A stretch of 64,000 nt of DNA, taken from the NCBI GenBank assembly GCA_964468125.1, contig CAYXVF010000019.1, forward strand, positions 1,975 through 65,974, written 5' to 3'. The position numbers and the translations under genes are program-made. Origin of the DNA: an uncultured Bdellovibrionales bacterium. Its GTDB lineage: Bacteria > Myxococcota > XYA12-FULL-58-9 > CAYXVF01. The notes under the pieces are model-generated. The model saw only the letters and a program-made list of their open reading frames with translations. It did not search any database and was not told the DNA's origin. Of the stretch, positions 8,976 to 17,672 are shown piece after piece. Within the stretch, counting starts at the first letter, position 1. The number at the start of each line of letters is the position of its first letter.

Positions 8976-9974
8976 CTAGAGTGCGAAGGCCCAGGGGAGG
9001 TCAGACACTACGTGGCCCACGATGCCGCCGCGATTGGTTTTGATCGGCGCGGCGCGGAACGCGTCGAGGGATTCGTCTGATTCGTCGACGAGTCCCAGGT
9101 GCTCGAGGAAGGAAACCACCAGCGGAAAGTACCCCCGATCCTGACCGTCTTCGACCTTCACCGCAAAGCCGAGCTCGAGCTCCGGAATGCCTAGGGCGAA
9201 AACCCCCTCAGCCCCGTTCTTGGGGAAGATGCGGTTGGGGAGTGCGTTAAGCAGCGCAGTAGAGAGGCGATGTTCCCCCGCATATGCAACCGGGAACGAG
9301 CTGACCGCCCGGATCAAGCGCTGGCAGCCCCGGGCGCGAGGGCTTTGGTCCTTCGCCGAAGCGATCCGTTCGTAGGCGTGCGCGAGACTTCGAATGGGCA
9401 GGGCAAAGGCCGGTGCCGAGCAGCCGTCGACCCCCGCCTCGAGCACCGTCTCGGGAATTTCGCCGAGCTCGGCGAGCGTCGCTCCGATCCGGCGGTGTAC
9501 GGCGTTGCTCGGGTCCAGGTAGTGTTCGATCGGGACACCTGCTTCCCGAGCCTGGAGAAGCAGACCGGCGTGCTTGCCTGAGCAGTCGTTGTGAAGCGGC
9601 GAGAGGGCGGTGCCCGTGCTCAACAGAGCGTCCGCTTGGTGACGGTCCGTGGGCGGAGTGCTCCCGCACTGCAGCGCTTCGACCTCAAAGCCGAATCGCT
9701 GGAGCAGTCTGAATACGACTTCGACGTGGTAGGGCGAGCCGTCGTGACTCGACGCCATCACCGCCAGCTCCTCGTCGGTGATGTCCCACTTTTCGTCGAG
9801 ACCGTCTTCGAGGATCGGTAGCAGCTGCATCGCTTTGAGCGTCGAGCGCGGAAAGAGCAAGCGGTCGACATCGCCGGCGCTGAAAATCGTTTCACCGCGA
9901 CGCGTAACCGCGACTGCGCCGTGATGGCGGGACTCGACGATCCCGCTGCGAGTGGTGTGGGAGATGATGGTCAT
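8976..9974 (-). CDS. Asparaginase (type II family, Asparaginase_II-like)
   Basis: The ~330-aa protein has an N-terminus GIVESRHHGAVAV and an RSTLKAMQLLP motif typical of the family. It starts 6 nt after the SNF2 helicase stop. Confidence 0.75.
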   Translation of the reverse strand: MTIISHTTRSGIVESRHHGAVAVTRRGETIFSAGDVDRLLFPRSTLKAMQLLPILEDGLDEKWDITDEELAVMASSHDGSPYHVEVVFRLLQRFGFEVEALQCGSTPPTDRHQADALLSTGTALSPLHNDCSGKHAGLLLQAREAGVPIEHYLDPSNAVHRRIGATLAELGEIPETVLEAGVDGCSAPAFALPIRSLAHAYERIASAKDQSPRARGCQRLIRAVSSFPVAYAGEHRLSTALLNALPNRIFPKNGAEGVFALGIPELELGFAVKVEDGQDRGYFPLVVSFLEHLGLVDESDESLDAFRAAPIKTNRGGIVGHVVSDLPWAFAL

Positions 9975-9980
9975 GGTGCC

Positions 9981-12869
9981 TCAGGCGAGGAGCTCGACGA
10001 GCTCGCCTCGCGTAATGTTGGTGGCCAAAGCGGGATTGCCAACCGCTGCGTCTGCCAGCGCGCGCTTTTTTTCTTGGAGCGCCAAGATCTTCTCCTCGAC
10101 CGTTCCCCGCGCGACGAGTCGATGAACGAACACCGGCCGGTCCTGACCGATGCGGTAGGCGCGGTCCGCAGCCTGGTCCTCCGCCGCCGGGTTCCACCAG
10201 GGGTCGAGCAAGAACACATAGTCCGCGGCGGTGAGATTCAGGCCGGTCCCGCCCGCTTTGAGCGAAACGAGCATCAGATCGATGCCATCGCTCGACTGAA
10301 AGCGCTCCACGAGCTCTCCGCGGTTCGCGCTGCTGCCGTCGAGGCGCAGGTAGCTGATGTCGCGCTCCCGGAGGTGAGGCTCGACCCGGTCGAGCAACGC
10401 GGTCCATTGCGAAAAGACGAGCGCCTTGTGCCCATCCACCAGGGCCTCGTCGAGCGTCTCCATCAAGAGGTCGAGCTTGGAACTGCGGTGTGCTTCACGC
10501 TCCGGCAGCAGCCCTGTGTGGCAGGCGGCCTGTCGGAGGCGGAGAAGCGCTTCGAGCGCCGCGAGCGGATTCTGTCCCTGGCCCAGCTTTGCGACGACCT
10601 CTCGCTGCGTGGCGACCCGGATCGCGTCGTAGGCCGCGCGTTCTTCGTCATCGAGGTCGCAGTGCAGCACCAGGTCCGTGCGCGGCGGGAGGTCGGGGGC
10701 TACGTCGCGCTTCAGGCGGCGCAGAACGAAAGGGCGAAGCCGGTGCTGCAAACGTTCAGTGGCAGCGACATCGCCACCGGCGATCGCTTTCGCGTAGCGC
10801 GTGTCAAAGTCTTTCCGATCCCCGAGGAGCCCCGGGTTCGAGAAGTGCATCTGGCTCCAGAGCTCCTCGAGTCGGTTTTCCACCGGTGTCCCCGTCAGGG
10901 TCAGGCGCATATCCGCTCGGAGCTGATAGGCGGCGCGGGCAGCCTGCGAATCCGGGTTCTTGATCGCCTGCGCTTCGTCGAGAACCGCCACCCGCCATTC
11001 GCGAGCGGATAGAGACTCGATGTCCATCCGGAGGATCGCGTAGGTCGTGAGGGTCACGTCTGCGTCTTCGAGCTGTCTCTCGCGTCCGTGGTAGGTGTTG
11101 ACAGTCAGCCGCGGTCGGAACCGCTCGATCTCGTTTCGCCAGTTGTCGAGCACGCTCGTCGGGCAAACGACGAGGCAGGGCGACTCGAGCACGCAGATTG
11201 TTTGCAGCGTCTTCCCCAAGCCCATGTCGTCGGCAAGGAGCCCACCGAGCCCCGCACGCTGCAAGCCGCGAAGCCAATGGACCCCTTCTGTCTGGTAAGG
11301 GCGCAGAGTAGCGTTCAGGTCCGATGGCAAGGATGCGGGCGCGTTGAGCTGCTCGAGCAGCGCGGCGAGAGAGGGCGGCGTGGGTGCATCGAGGTCCTCG
11401 AGGAGATGCGCGGCCTCCACCCGCGCACTGGGCGGCAGGCTTCCGTCATTTCCCCGAGCGGCGAGGAGATCCGCCACGCGGTGGCCGTAGCGCGACAACC
11501 AGTCCTGGGGCAGAGACGCGAACCCGCCTTCGAGGAGCGGCACGTGGTCTTCCCCCGCAATCCACGCCTCCAGGACCGCGCGCGGCGAAGCGCTTTTCCC
11601 CCCGGGAGCGCTGAAGCGGAGCTCGAATCCCTCGCTGAGCTCGAGCGCGGGCAGCAGCGTACCGCTGAGCTCGAGCGCCTCCGCGCTCGAGCCGCGCAAG
11701 GCACTTTCGTTGACGCGCTCGCCGAGGGCCAGGGCCTCGCGAGTGTCCAGCTGGACCCGTTGTCCTGGCTCGAGCTGTAGCTCCGCCCGCATTCGGGTGA
11801 GCAGTGCGCTCTCGGCGTTCCGGTCGCGAATGGGGGCGGGGCCATCGCCGAGGAGTACGAGCGCATCGCCATCCACACGGGCGATCGGCGGATCGCCGTA
11901 GACGACGGTGGCGAGCACCGTGCTCTTGCGGCCGTCCGCGCGCACGTCCAGGGCGACGCGCGGTTTCATGCGCTCGGCGCGGGGCAGGGCGCGGGTGCGA
12001 ATGTCCGTTGGAATGCGCGCTTCGATCTTGGGGAGGAGCGACGAGACGAGCTCGCCCAAACGATCGCGGTCGAAGATCTGCCCCTCGCGCAAGGCGCGAA
12101 TCGTGGCGCCATCCAGGCCCGGCTCGCTCCGCGGGCACAGCGTCTCGCCGACGAGGAGCGCGCCGTTGCGGTAGATCGCGCGGACCGAGGGGTCCTGCTC
12201 CAGGCGGATCCGCACACCGGTCGCCGCGTCGTCGACGATCGCTCGCATGCCGGGGTGGGCGCGCCCGATGCGGACCGGGGCCTCGTCGAGGGTGAGGTCC
12301 AGGCCTTCGAGGCGAGGCAACAGGGTGCGCATCACGGCGGCGGGGAGCACTCCCCGGTTCCCTGCGCCCAAGAGCGCCTCGATCTCCAGGTCTGCGTCGC
12401 TGCTCAGAATTTCGCGCTGCTCGCTCGTTGCACTGAGCGACAACTCGAGGGGCTCGCTCTGTCCGTCTCGAACGAGCTGACGGGTAAAATTCAGCTCGTC
12501 GCCAGAGGAGCGGAACGCATAGCGCAGGCGCGCGGCGGGACGCCTCGAGCCGGGCAACGCCTGCCCCGCTTTACGCGCTTGGTTCCAAGCGATCACGGCC
12601 GCGCAGCTGTGCTCGCAAGCCGCCGCAGCGCTCGCGCAGGAGCAGCTCCAGTCTTCGTCCACGGGGTAGAGATGGACCTGAAAGCGCTTGGGACCGCTCG
12701 GCGCCCGGACGGAGAGGATGACCTCGTCGTCGGTCGCCGATTCGCCGATCACTGCGTCTGCGCGCGCGAGTTGCACGCCCCTAGACCAGGTTTGAGGGCC
12801 CGCCTCCTCGCGGATCAGGGCCAGAAGCTCGTCCATGTGACGGGTAAGTAATGCTGCGTGACGAATCAT
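9981..12869 (-). CDS. SWIM zinc-finger + SNF2/RapA-family DEAD-like helicase
   Basis: The N-terminus has a CxC...CxH SWIM pattern (WSCSCASAAAACEHSC). Helicase motifs are LLADDMGLGKTLQ, DEAQAIKN and SLKAGGTGLNLTAADYVFLLDPWWNPAAEDQAADRAYRIGQ. An alternative internal start lies at 12836. Confidence 0.9.
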   Translation of the reverse strand: MIRHAALLTRHMDELLALIREEAGPQTWSRGVQLARADAVIGESATDDEVILSVRAPSGPKRFQVHLYPVDEDWSCSCASAAAACEHSCAAVIAWNQARKAGQALPGSRRPAARLRYAFRSSGDELNFTRQLVRDGQSEPLELSLSATSEQREILSSDADLEIEALLGAGNRGVLPAAVMRTLLPRLEGLDLTLDEAPVRIGRAHPGMRAIVDDAATGVRIRLEQDPSVRAIYRNGALLVGETLCPRSEPGLDGATIRALREGQIFDRDRLGELVSSLLPKIEARIPTDIRTRALPRAERMKPRVALDVRADGRKSTVLATVVYGDPPIARVDGDALVLLGDGPAPIRDRNAESALLTRMRAELQLEPGQRVQLDTREALALGERVNESALRGSSAEALELSGTLLPALELSEGFELRFSAPGGKSASPRAVLEAWIAGEDHVPLLEGGFASLPQDWLSRYGHRVADLLAARGNDGSLPPSARVEAAHLLEDLDAPTPPSLAALLEQLNAPASLPSDLNATLRPYQTEGVHWLRGLQRAGLGGLLADDMGLGKTLQTICVLESPCLVVCPTSVLDNWRNEIERFRPRLTVNTYHGRERQLEDADVTLTTYAILRMDIESLSAREWRVAVLDEAQAIKNPDSQAARAAYQLRADMRLTLTGTPVENRLEELWSQMHFSNPGLLGDRKDFDTRYAKAIAGGDVAATERLQHRLRPFVLRRLKRDVAPDLPPRTDLVLHCDLDDEERAAYDAIRVATQREVVAKLGQGQNPLAALEALLRLRQAACHTGLLPEREAHRSSKLDLLMETLDEALVDGHKALVFSQWTALLDRVEPHLRERDISYLRLDGSSANRGELVERFQSSDGIDLMLVSLKAGGTGLNLTAADYVFLLDPWWNPAAEDQAADRAYRIGQDRPVFVHRLVARGTVEEKILALQEKKRALADAAVGNPALATNITRGELVELLA

Positions 12870-12923
12870 GCAAATTCGTCCCTTCCGGTGGCGGCAGGGA
12901 CTGGATTGGGGGAAAATTCCGCC

Positions 12924-15900
12924 ATGAACACACTGGGTCGCGTAGTCGTAGGTTTCCCTACCACCATGCTCCTCGCGACGTTGCTCGCGTGTGGCACCTC
13001 AACCCCGGAGGACTTTGGCGGCTCGGGGGGAGGCTTCGGCAGCGGTGGGGGCGGCGGTGGAAGCCAGGTCGACACGGTTGCACCGACGGTGCAGATCACG
13101 CAGCCCGTGAACAACTCCATCGCTCCCCCTGGCTTTGTAACACTCACAGGCACGGCATCGGACAATGACGCGCTCGAGCGGGTAGAGGTGGAGATCCGCG
13201 GCCGCTCACCGGAGATGGCCGCAGGTCTCGACAATTGGACCTACCGAACCCCGGAGCTCGCGGCGGGGACCTACGTGTTTATCGCCCGTGCCATCGACAG
13301 CAGTGGAAACACGGCGGAGACCCAGGTGACCGTGTCGCTTCAGCCGGGGGCGGTGGACACTGAGCCCCCTACGATCTCCATCACGTCACCGGCGGAAGAC
13401 GCGGTGATCGGCGCTGGGCCGTTCATCGTTCAAGGCACGGCGGTCGACAACGTAGGGGTCGCGCGAGTCGACGCGCGCTTGAACCTCTCCGGGACGGTGG
13501 TCCAGGCAACCGGAACGGACGCCTGGTCCGCACAGCTCGACGCGACCAGCCTGACGAGTGGCGAGCATCTGATCATCGTGAGCGGAAGAGATCTGTCGGG
13601 CAACATGGCGTCGATTGTCACCCGGACCATCGTCGTCGATCGCAGTTTGCCCGTCGCCGAGATCTTGAGCGCACCTGCCAACCCGACAACCTCCGGGGAC
13701 GCGAGCTTCATCATCGGTGGGGCCAATGTCGCTACCTACAGCTATAGCGTCGACGGTGGCGCCTTCAGCGGAGCGATTCCCGTCGCCGACCCGATCGTCG
13801 TATCGGGTCTGCGCGACGGTCCACACCAGCTGCAGGTCGTGGGCATCTCTATCGACTCGGTCACGCAGGTGACCCCGACCGTCTACGACTGGGTCGTCGA
13901 CACGACGCCTCCCATTGCGGAGGTGAGCGCGCCCGAGAATCCCACGAGCTCGGATTCGGTTTCCTTGACGGTGAGTGGCGATGACGTGTCGTACTACCGC
14001 TCCCGTCTCGATGGCGGCCCATATAGCACTCTCACTCCCATCACGACTCCGATCAGCGAAGGCGCGCTAGCCGAGGGTGCCCACACCATCGAAGTGCTCG
14101 GTAGCGACATTTTGGGGAATGAGCAGCTCGCCCCGACCGTCGTGACCTGGCTCATCGACCAAACTCCGCCGGATCCGTCGATCACTATGGTCACCGGAGG
14201 CCCGGGGACGATCACGACCTCTGATGACATCGACATCACCGTCGGCGGACCAGGGATCGACGAGTACTACTACCAGGTGGACGACGGGCCCTTGCTCGGA
14301 CCTTTCCCGGTTGACCAGCCGATCAACATCGATGACCTACCGGAAGGGGAGCACACGATCCTCATCTACGGCGTCGACGAGGCCGGGAACATTCAGGATC
14401 CCCCGACGGTCATCACCTTCACGATCGATCTCGATGCGGTGGTTGCGGTGGTCAGCCAGCCTCCAGCGCGGACGAACGCGACATCGGTGACGCTCAACGT
14501 CAGCGGCGTGGACGAGTATCGCTATCGGTTAACCCCCCCGAGCGGCGCGCAGGGACCGCTGTTGGGGCCAACAAACGTCATCACTCCCATCAATATCGAC
14601 ACCGTCGCACCGAGCCCCGCGGAAGGGGCCTACTCCGTGGAGGTCTTCGGCATTTCTGGGGGGACGGAACAGGTGATCGCGACCGTCGTTGGTTTCATCG
14701 TCGACCGCACGCCTCCTACCGCGGTTTTGGCGAATACGCCGCCTGCGCAGACCAACCAGCCATTCCTCAATGTGTCTGTCGGTGGCGCGGAGGTTGCGAC
14801 CTATCGCTACCAGCTCGACGGCGGTCCTGTTCAAGGCCCCTTCGACGTCTCCGCACCGATCGCGGACAGTGGGATCGCAGACGGTCCCCACACGCTTTCG
14901 GTCTTCGGCATCGATTTGGCAGGAAATGAGCAGAGCACTGCGACGACGCACAACTGGACCGTCAACACCGGGAGCGCAACCGCAGTGCTCAGTGGCGTAC
15001 CAGACGCGCTCACCACGCTGAACTTCGCGACCATTACGGTCAGCGGCTCAGGCGTCGTGCAATACCGCTACCGGCTCGATGGCGGATCGCTCAGCTCGCC
15101 GATCGACGTGTCCGAGCCGATCGTCCTGACGGGGCTCTCGAACGGGCTCCGCACCCTCGAGGTCTTCGCCATCAACGCGGTCGGAACCATTCAGAGCTCT
15201 CCAACAGTCGCGACCTGGACCGTCGACGCGAGCGTACCCGAGGCGATTCTGAACAACCCTCCGCCGACCCAAACCGGCGAGGAGAGCTTCACTTTTACGG
15301 TCAGCGGAAACGGGGTGTTTGAGTACGTCTACTCCCTCGACGGTTTTGCGGAGCAGGGGCCCTTCCCGGTGGCGACCCCGATTCAAGTCGGCCCACTGCC
15401 ACAAGGGTTCCACTATATCGATCTCTACGGCATCAACCGTGCGGGCCTCCGGCAGACGACGCCTACCACCTATAGCTGGTCAATCGTTCAGGTGGGCCCG
15501 GGGATCGCGCAGGTCGACGGGATTGACCCGTTCACCAACCAAACGTCGCAGTCCGCCGTCGTTTCCGGACTGAACGTCGAGTCCTTTCGCTGGCGTCTCG
15601 ATGGCGGCGCATTTTCAGCGCCCATCCCGGTTCCCGTGCCGGCCGCAGCGTCACTCAATTTCGAGGTGGGGGAAGGGCCGCACACCCTCGAGGTCGTCGG
15701 CATCAACGGCGCGGGCGAAGAGCAAGCAACGCCGACGGTGGTGAGCTTCACCGTCGACTTGACGCCGCCCGAGATCGTCAGCAGCTCGATCGGCGTGATC
15801 CTCCCGGACGACACGGTCGTGATCAGGTTCAGCGAGCCGATTCGCACCGATTCTGGCCAGTACAGCGTCGATGGGACGCTCCGGTCCAACGCCATCGGCG

Positions 15901-17672
15901 GGTCGACGCTTTCGATCGGCGGCAGCTCTGTGACCCTCACGCCGGGGACTCAGTGGTTCCAAACCCTGGCAGACTCGCAGCTCGTCACAGGCTTCGTGAG
16001 AGACCTCGCGGGGAACACGACGGCGATCGAAGTCGAGCTCGTCGTCGCAGCGGACGCGGTCTACGTCGATGGTGACGGGGGGAGCGGAGATGGAAGCTCG
16101 CCCGGAAGCCCGGCGGGAAGCATCGGGGACGTGGCGGGCAGCGCAGCACCGGGGGAGATCATTCGCGTGACCGGCGGCACCTACGATGAGACGATCACCC
16201 TCGTAGACGGCGTCGCGATCGTCGGAGGCTGGGACCCGACCTTCACCACGCAGGATCCGCTCACCAACCCGACCGTGCTCGCTCCAACGGATCTCACCTC
16301 CGCTCCTGCCGGTTCGCCCACAGGAACCGTCAGCTGCAACGTGGCGAGCGGACTGATCAGCGGCTTCGAGATTCGCGGCGCGGGGGGCTCGGGACGGGCC
16401 GCGGTCGTCGTCGGCCCGGGGTGCGGCGCGGAGGTGGTCTTCACCCAGAATCGCATCATCGCGGACACGGTGACCGGGCTTGGCTACGGCGTCTACGTGG
16501 AGGGCGGGGCCCAGCCGGCCTTTTTGGACAACGAAATCCGCGGTGGCTCCGGCAACGGTGAGAGCTACGGTGTCTACGTCGAGCAATCTGGTTCGAGTTT
16601 CACGCTCCAGGGCAACATCATCGACGGATGGCACGGAAACCCAGTGTCTTACGGAGTCTATCACGACGCAGGCGACGGCGTGATTCGGGACAATGAGATC
16701 TACGGCGGAACCGGCTCGAAGGGCGGCTCTGCCCTCGGGCGCACCTGTCCGACCACGGCTGACGGTGAAAGCGTCGGGCTCCTCGTCAATGCCTCACTGG
16801 TGATCGAAGAAAACGGCGTATTCGGCGGGATGAGCAACGCGACGGGAAGCACCTGCGGCCTGAGCGGCGCGAGCACCTCGCGTGGCGGCGTGATCAACAC
16901 GACGCAGATCGAGCTCGATGAAAACGCTTTCCTCGCCGGAAGCGGTCCGGCGAGCGGCTGCGCCACGAGTCTCGCGGTCGGCCTCGATACGGCGGACAAC
17001 GACGTTCTGGAGACACTCGCGGACGGTGGCCGAGCCTGCGGGGGCGCCGGTGACACATCGATCGCGCTGCGCATTCGGAACGGGGCTACGGTCTCCGTGG
17101 AGAATGTCATCGTGACTGGAGGAACCGCGGCGACAGCCATCGGGATCGATGCGGAACCCACTTCCGGCTACGCAATCATCAACGTTACGGCGATCGACAC
17201 CTCCGGCGGAGGGAGCGATTCGATCGGACTGCGATCGGCGAGCGCCGGAAATATGTTCAACACCATCCTCTACGGCTTTGGCACTGGCGTGCTCGAGCAG
17301 TCGAGCTCCGGTGCTCTCACCGCGGTGTCGAATAACGCGTTCCAGTCCACCGTCGCGTACGAGACGTCTTTTTCGGTCGCCTACACGAATGTTGCTGAGC
17401 TGGAAGCCGGGCTGATTTCGGCGAGCGGCAACGTCGACGGCGGCGTCGTGTTCGTCGACCTCGACGGAGCCGACGACGATCTACTCACCTTCGAGGACAA
17501 CTTCGTCTCACTGAGCAGTCAGAGCTCCTGCGAAGTTCGCCAAGGCGGGGTCGCGAACATCACCATCGAGTCCTTCGACATCGAGGGCTTCGAGCGTACG
17601 GCGAGCCTCACCTGTGGCCCGACGAATTCCGATGCTGCGGGCTGGTCGATCGGAGCTTACGAGCGCGATTGA
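12924..17672 (+). CDS. Giant cell-surface lipoprotein: Gly-rich linker, Ig-like domains, 8 tandem ~89-aa domains, SbsA-Ig-like domain, C-terminal right-handed beta-helix
   Basis: ATG 12924 is preceded by a G-rich RBS-like stretch. The lipobox is LLATLLAC, followed by the linker GGSGGGFGSGGGGGGS. The protein continues with DT.PPT.-type Ig-like domains, the tandem repeats listed separately, and a beta-helix-like region (GGTYDETITLVDGVAIVGGW, repeated G.G.Y motifs). Confidence 0.85.
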   Translation: MNTLGRVVVGFPTTMLLATLLACGTSTPEDFGGSGGGFGSGGGGGGSQVDTVAPTVQITQPVNNSIAPPGFVTLTGTASDNDALERVEVEIRGRSPEMAAGLDNWTYRTPELAAGTYVFIARAIDSSGNTAETQVTVSLQPGAVDTEPPTISITSPAEDAVIGAGPFIVQGTAVDNVGVARVDARLNLSGTVVQATGTDAWSAQLDATSLTSGEHLIIVSGRDLSGNMASIVTRTIVVDRSLPVAEILSAPANPTTSGDASFIIGGANVATYSYSVDGGAFSGAIPVADPIVVSGLRDGPHQLQVVGISIDSVTQVTPTVYDWVVDTTPPIAEVSAPENPTSSDSVSLTVSGDDVSYYRSRLDGGPYSTLTPITTPISEGALAEGAHTIEVLGSDILGNEQLAPTVVTWLIDQTPPDPSITMVTGGPGTITTSDDIDITVGGPGIDEYYYQVDDGPLLGPFPVDQPINIDDLPEGEHTILIYGVDEAGNIQDPPTVITFTIDLDAVVAVVSQPPARTNATSVTLNVSGVDEYRYRLTPPSGAQGPLLGPTNVITPINIDTVAPSPAEGAYSVEVFGISGGTEQVIATVVGFIVDRTPPTAVLANTPPAQTNQPFLNVSVGGAEVATYRYQLDGGPVQGPFDVSAPIADSGIADGPHTLSVFGIDLAGNEQSTATTHNWTVNTGSATAVLSGVPDALTTLNFATITVSGSGVVQYRYRLDGGSLSSPIDVSEPIVLTGLSNGLRTLEVFAINAVGTIQSSPTVATWTVDASVPEAILNNPPPTQTGEESFTFTVSGNGVFEYVYSLDGFAEQGPFPVATPIQVGPLPQGFHYIDLYGINRAGLRQTTPTTYSWSIVQVGPGIAQVDGIDPFTNQTSQSAVVSGLNVESFRWRLDGGAFSAPIPVPVPAAASLNFEVGEGPHTLEVVGINGAGEEQATPTVVSFTVDLTPPEIVSSSIGVILPDDTVVIRFSEPIRTDSGQYSVDGTLRSNAIGGSTLSIGGSSVTLTPGTQWFQTLADSQLVTGFVRDLAGNTTAIEVELVVAADAVYVDGDGGSGDGSSPGSPAGSIGDVAGSAAPGEIIRVTGGTYDETITLVDGVAIVGGWDPTFTTQDPLTNPTVLAPTDLTSAPAGSPTGTVSCNVASGLISGFEIRGAGGSGRAAVVVGPGCGAEVVFTQNRIIADTVTGLGYGVYVEGGAQPAFLDNEIRGGSGNGESYGVYVEQSGSSFTLQGNIIDGWHGNPVSYGVYHDAGDGVIRDNEIYGGTGSKGGSALGRTCPTTADGESVGLLVNASLVIEENGVFGGMSNATGSTCGLSGASTSRGGVINTTQIELDENAFLAGSGPASGCATSLAVGLDTADNDVLETLADGGRACGGAGDTSIALRIRNGATVSVENVIVTGGTAATAIGIDAEPTSGYAIINVTAIDTSGGGSDSIGLRSASAGNMFNTILYGFGTGVLEQSSSGALTAVSNNAFQSTVAYETSFSVAYTNVAELEAGLISASGNVDGGVVFVDLDGADDDLLTFEDNFVSLSSQSSCEVRQGGVANITIESFDIEGFERTASLTCGPTNSDAAGWSIGAYERD
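13644..15785 (+). repeat. Eight tandem in-frame ~89-aa domain repeats inside the giant lipoprotein
   Basis: The consensus read by eye is Y.Y.LDGG....P......I....L..G.H.L.V.G.D..GN.Q..PT...W.VD...P. Unit starts are TYSYSVDGG, YYRSRLDGG, YYYQVDDG, YRYRLTPP, YRYQLDGG, YRYRLDGG, YVYSLDGF and FRWRLDGG. Confidence 0.85.

Noticed and set aside
9921-12851. Plus-strand ORFs 9921..11012, 11088..11780, 11804..12295 and 12255..12851, opposite the SNF2 helicase.
   Set aside because: The minus-strand frame contains all the SNF2 helicase motifs in order. The plus-strand ORFs are motif-less, Arg/Gly-rich antisense frames.
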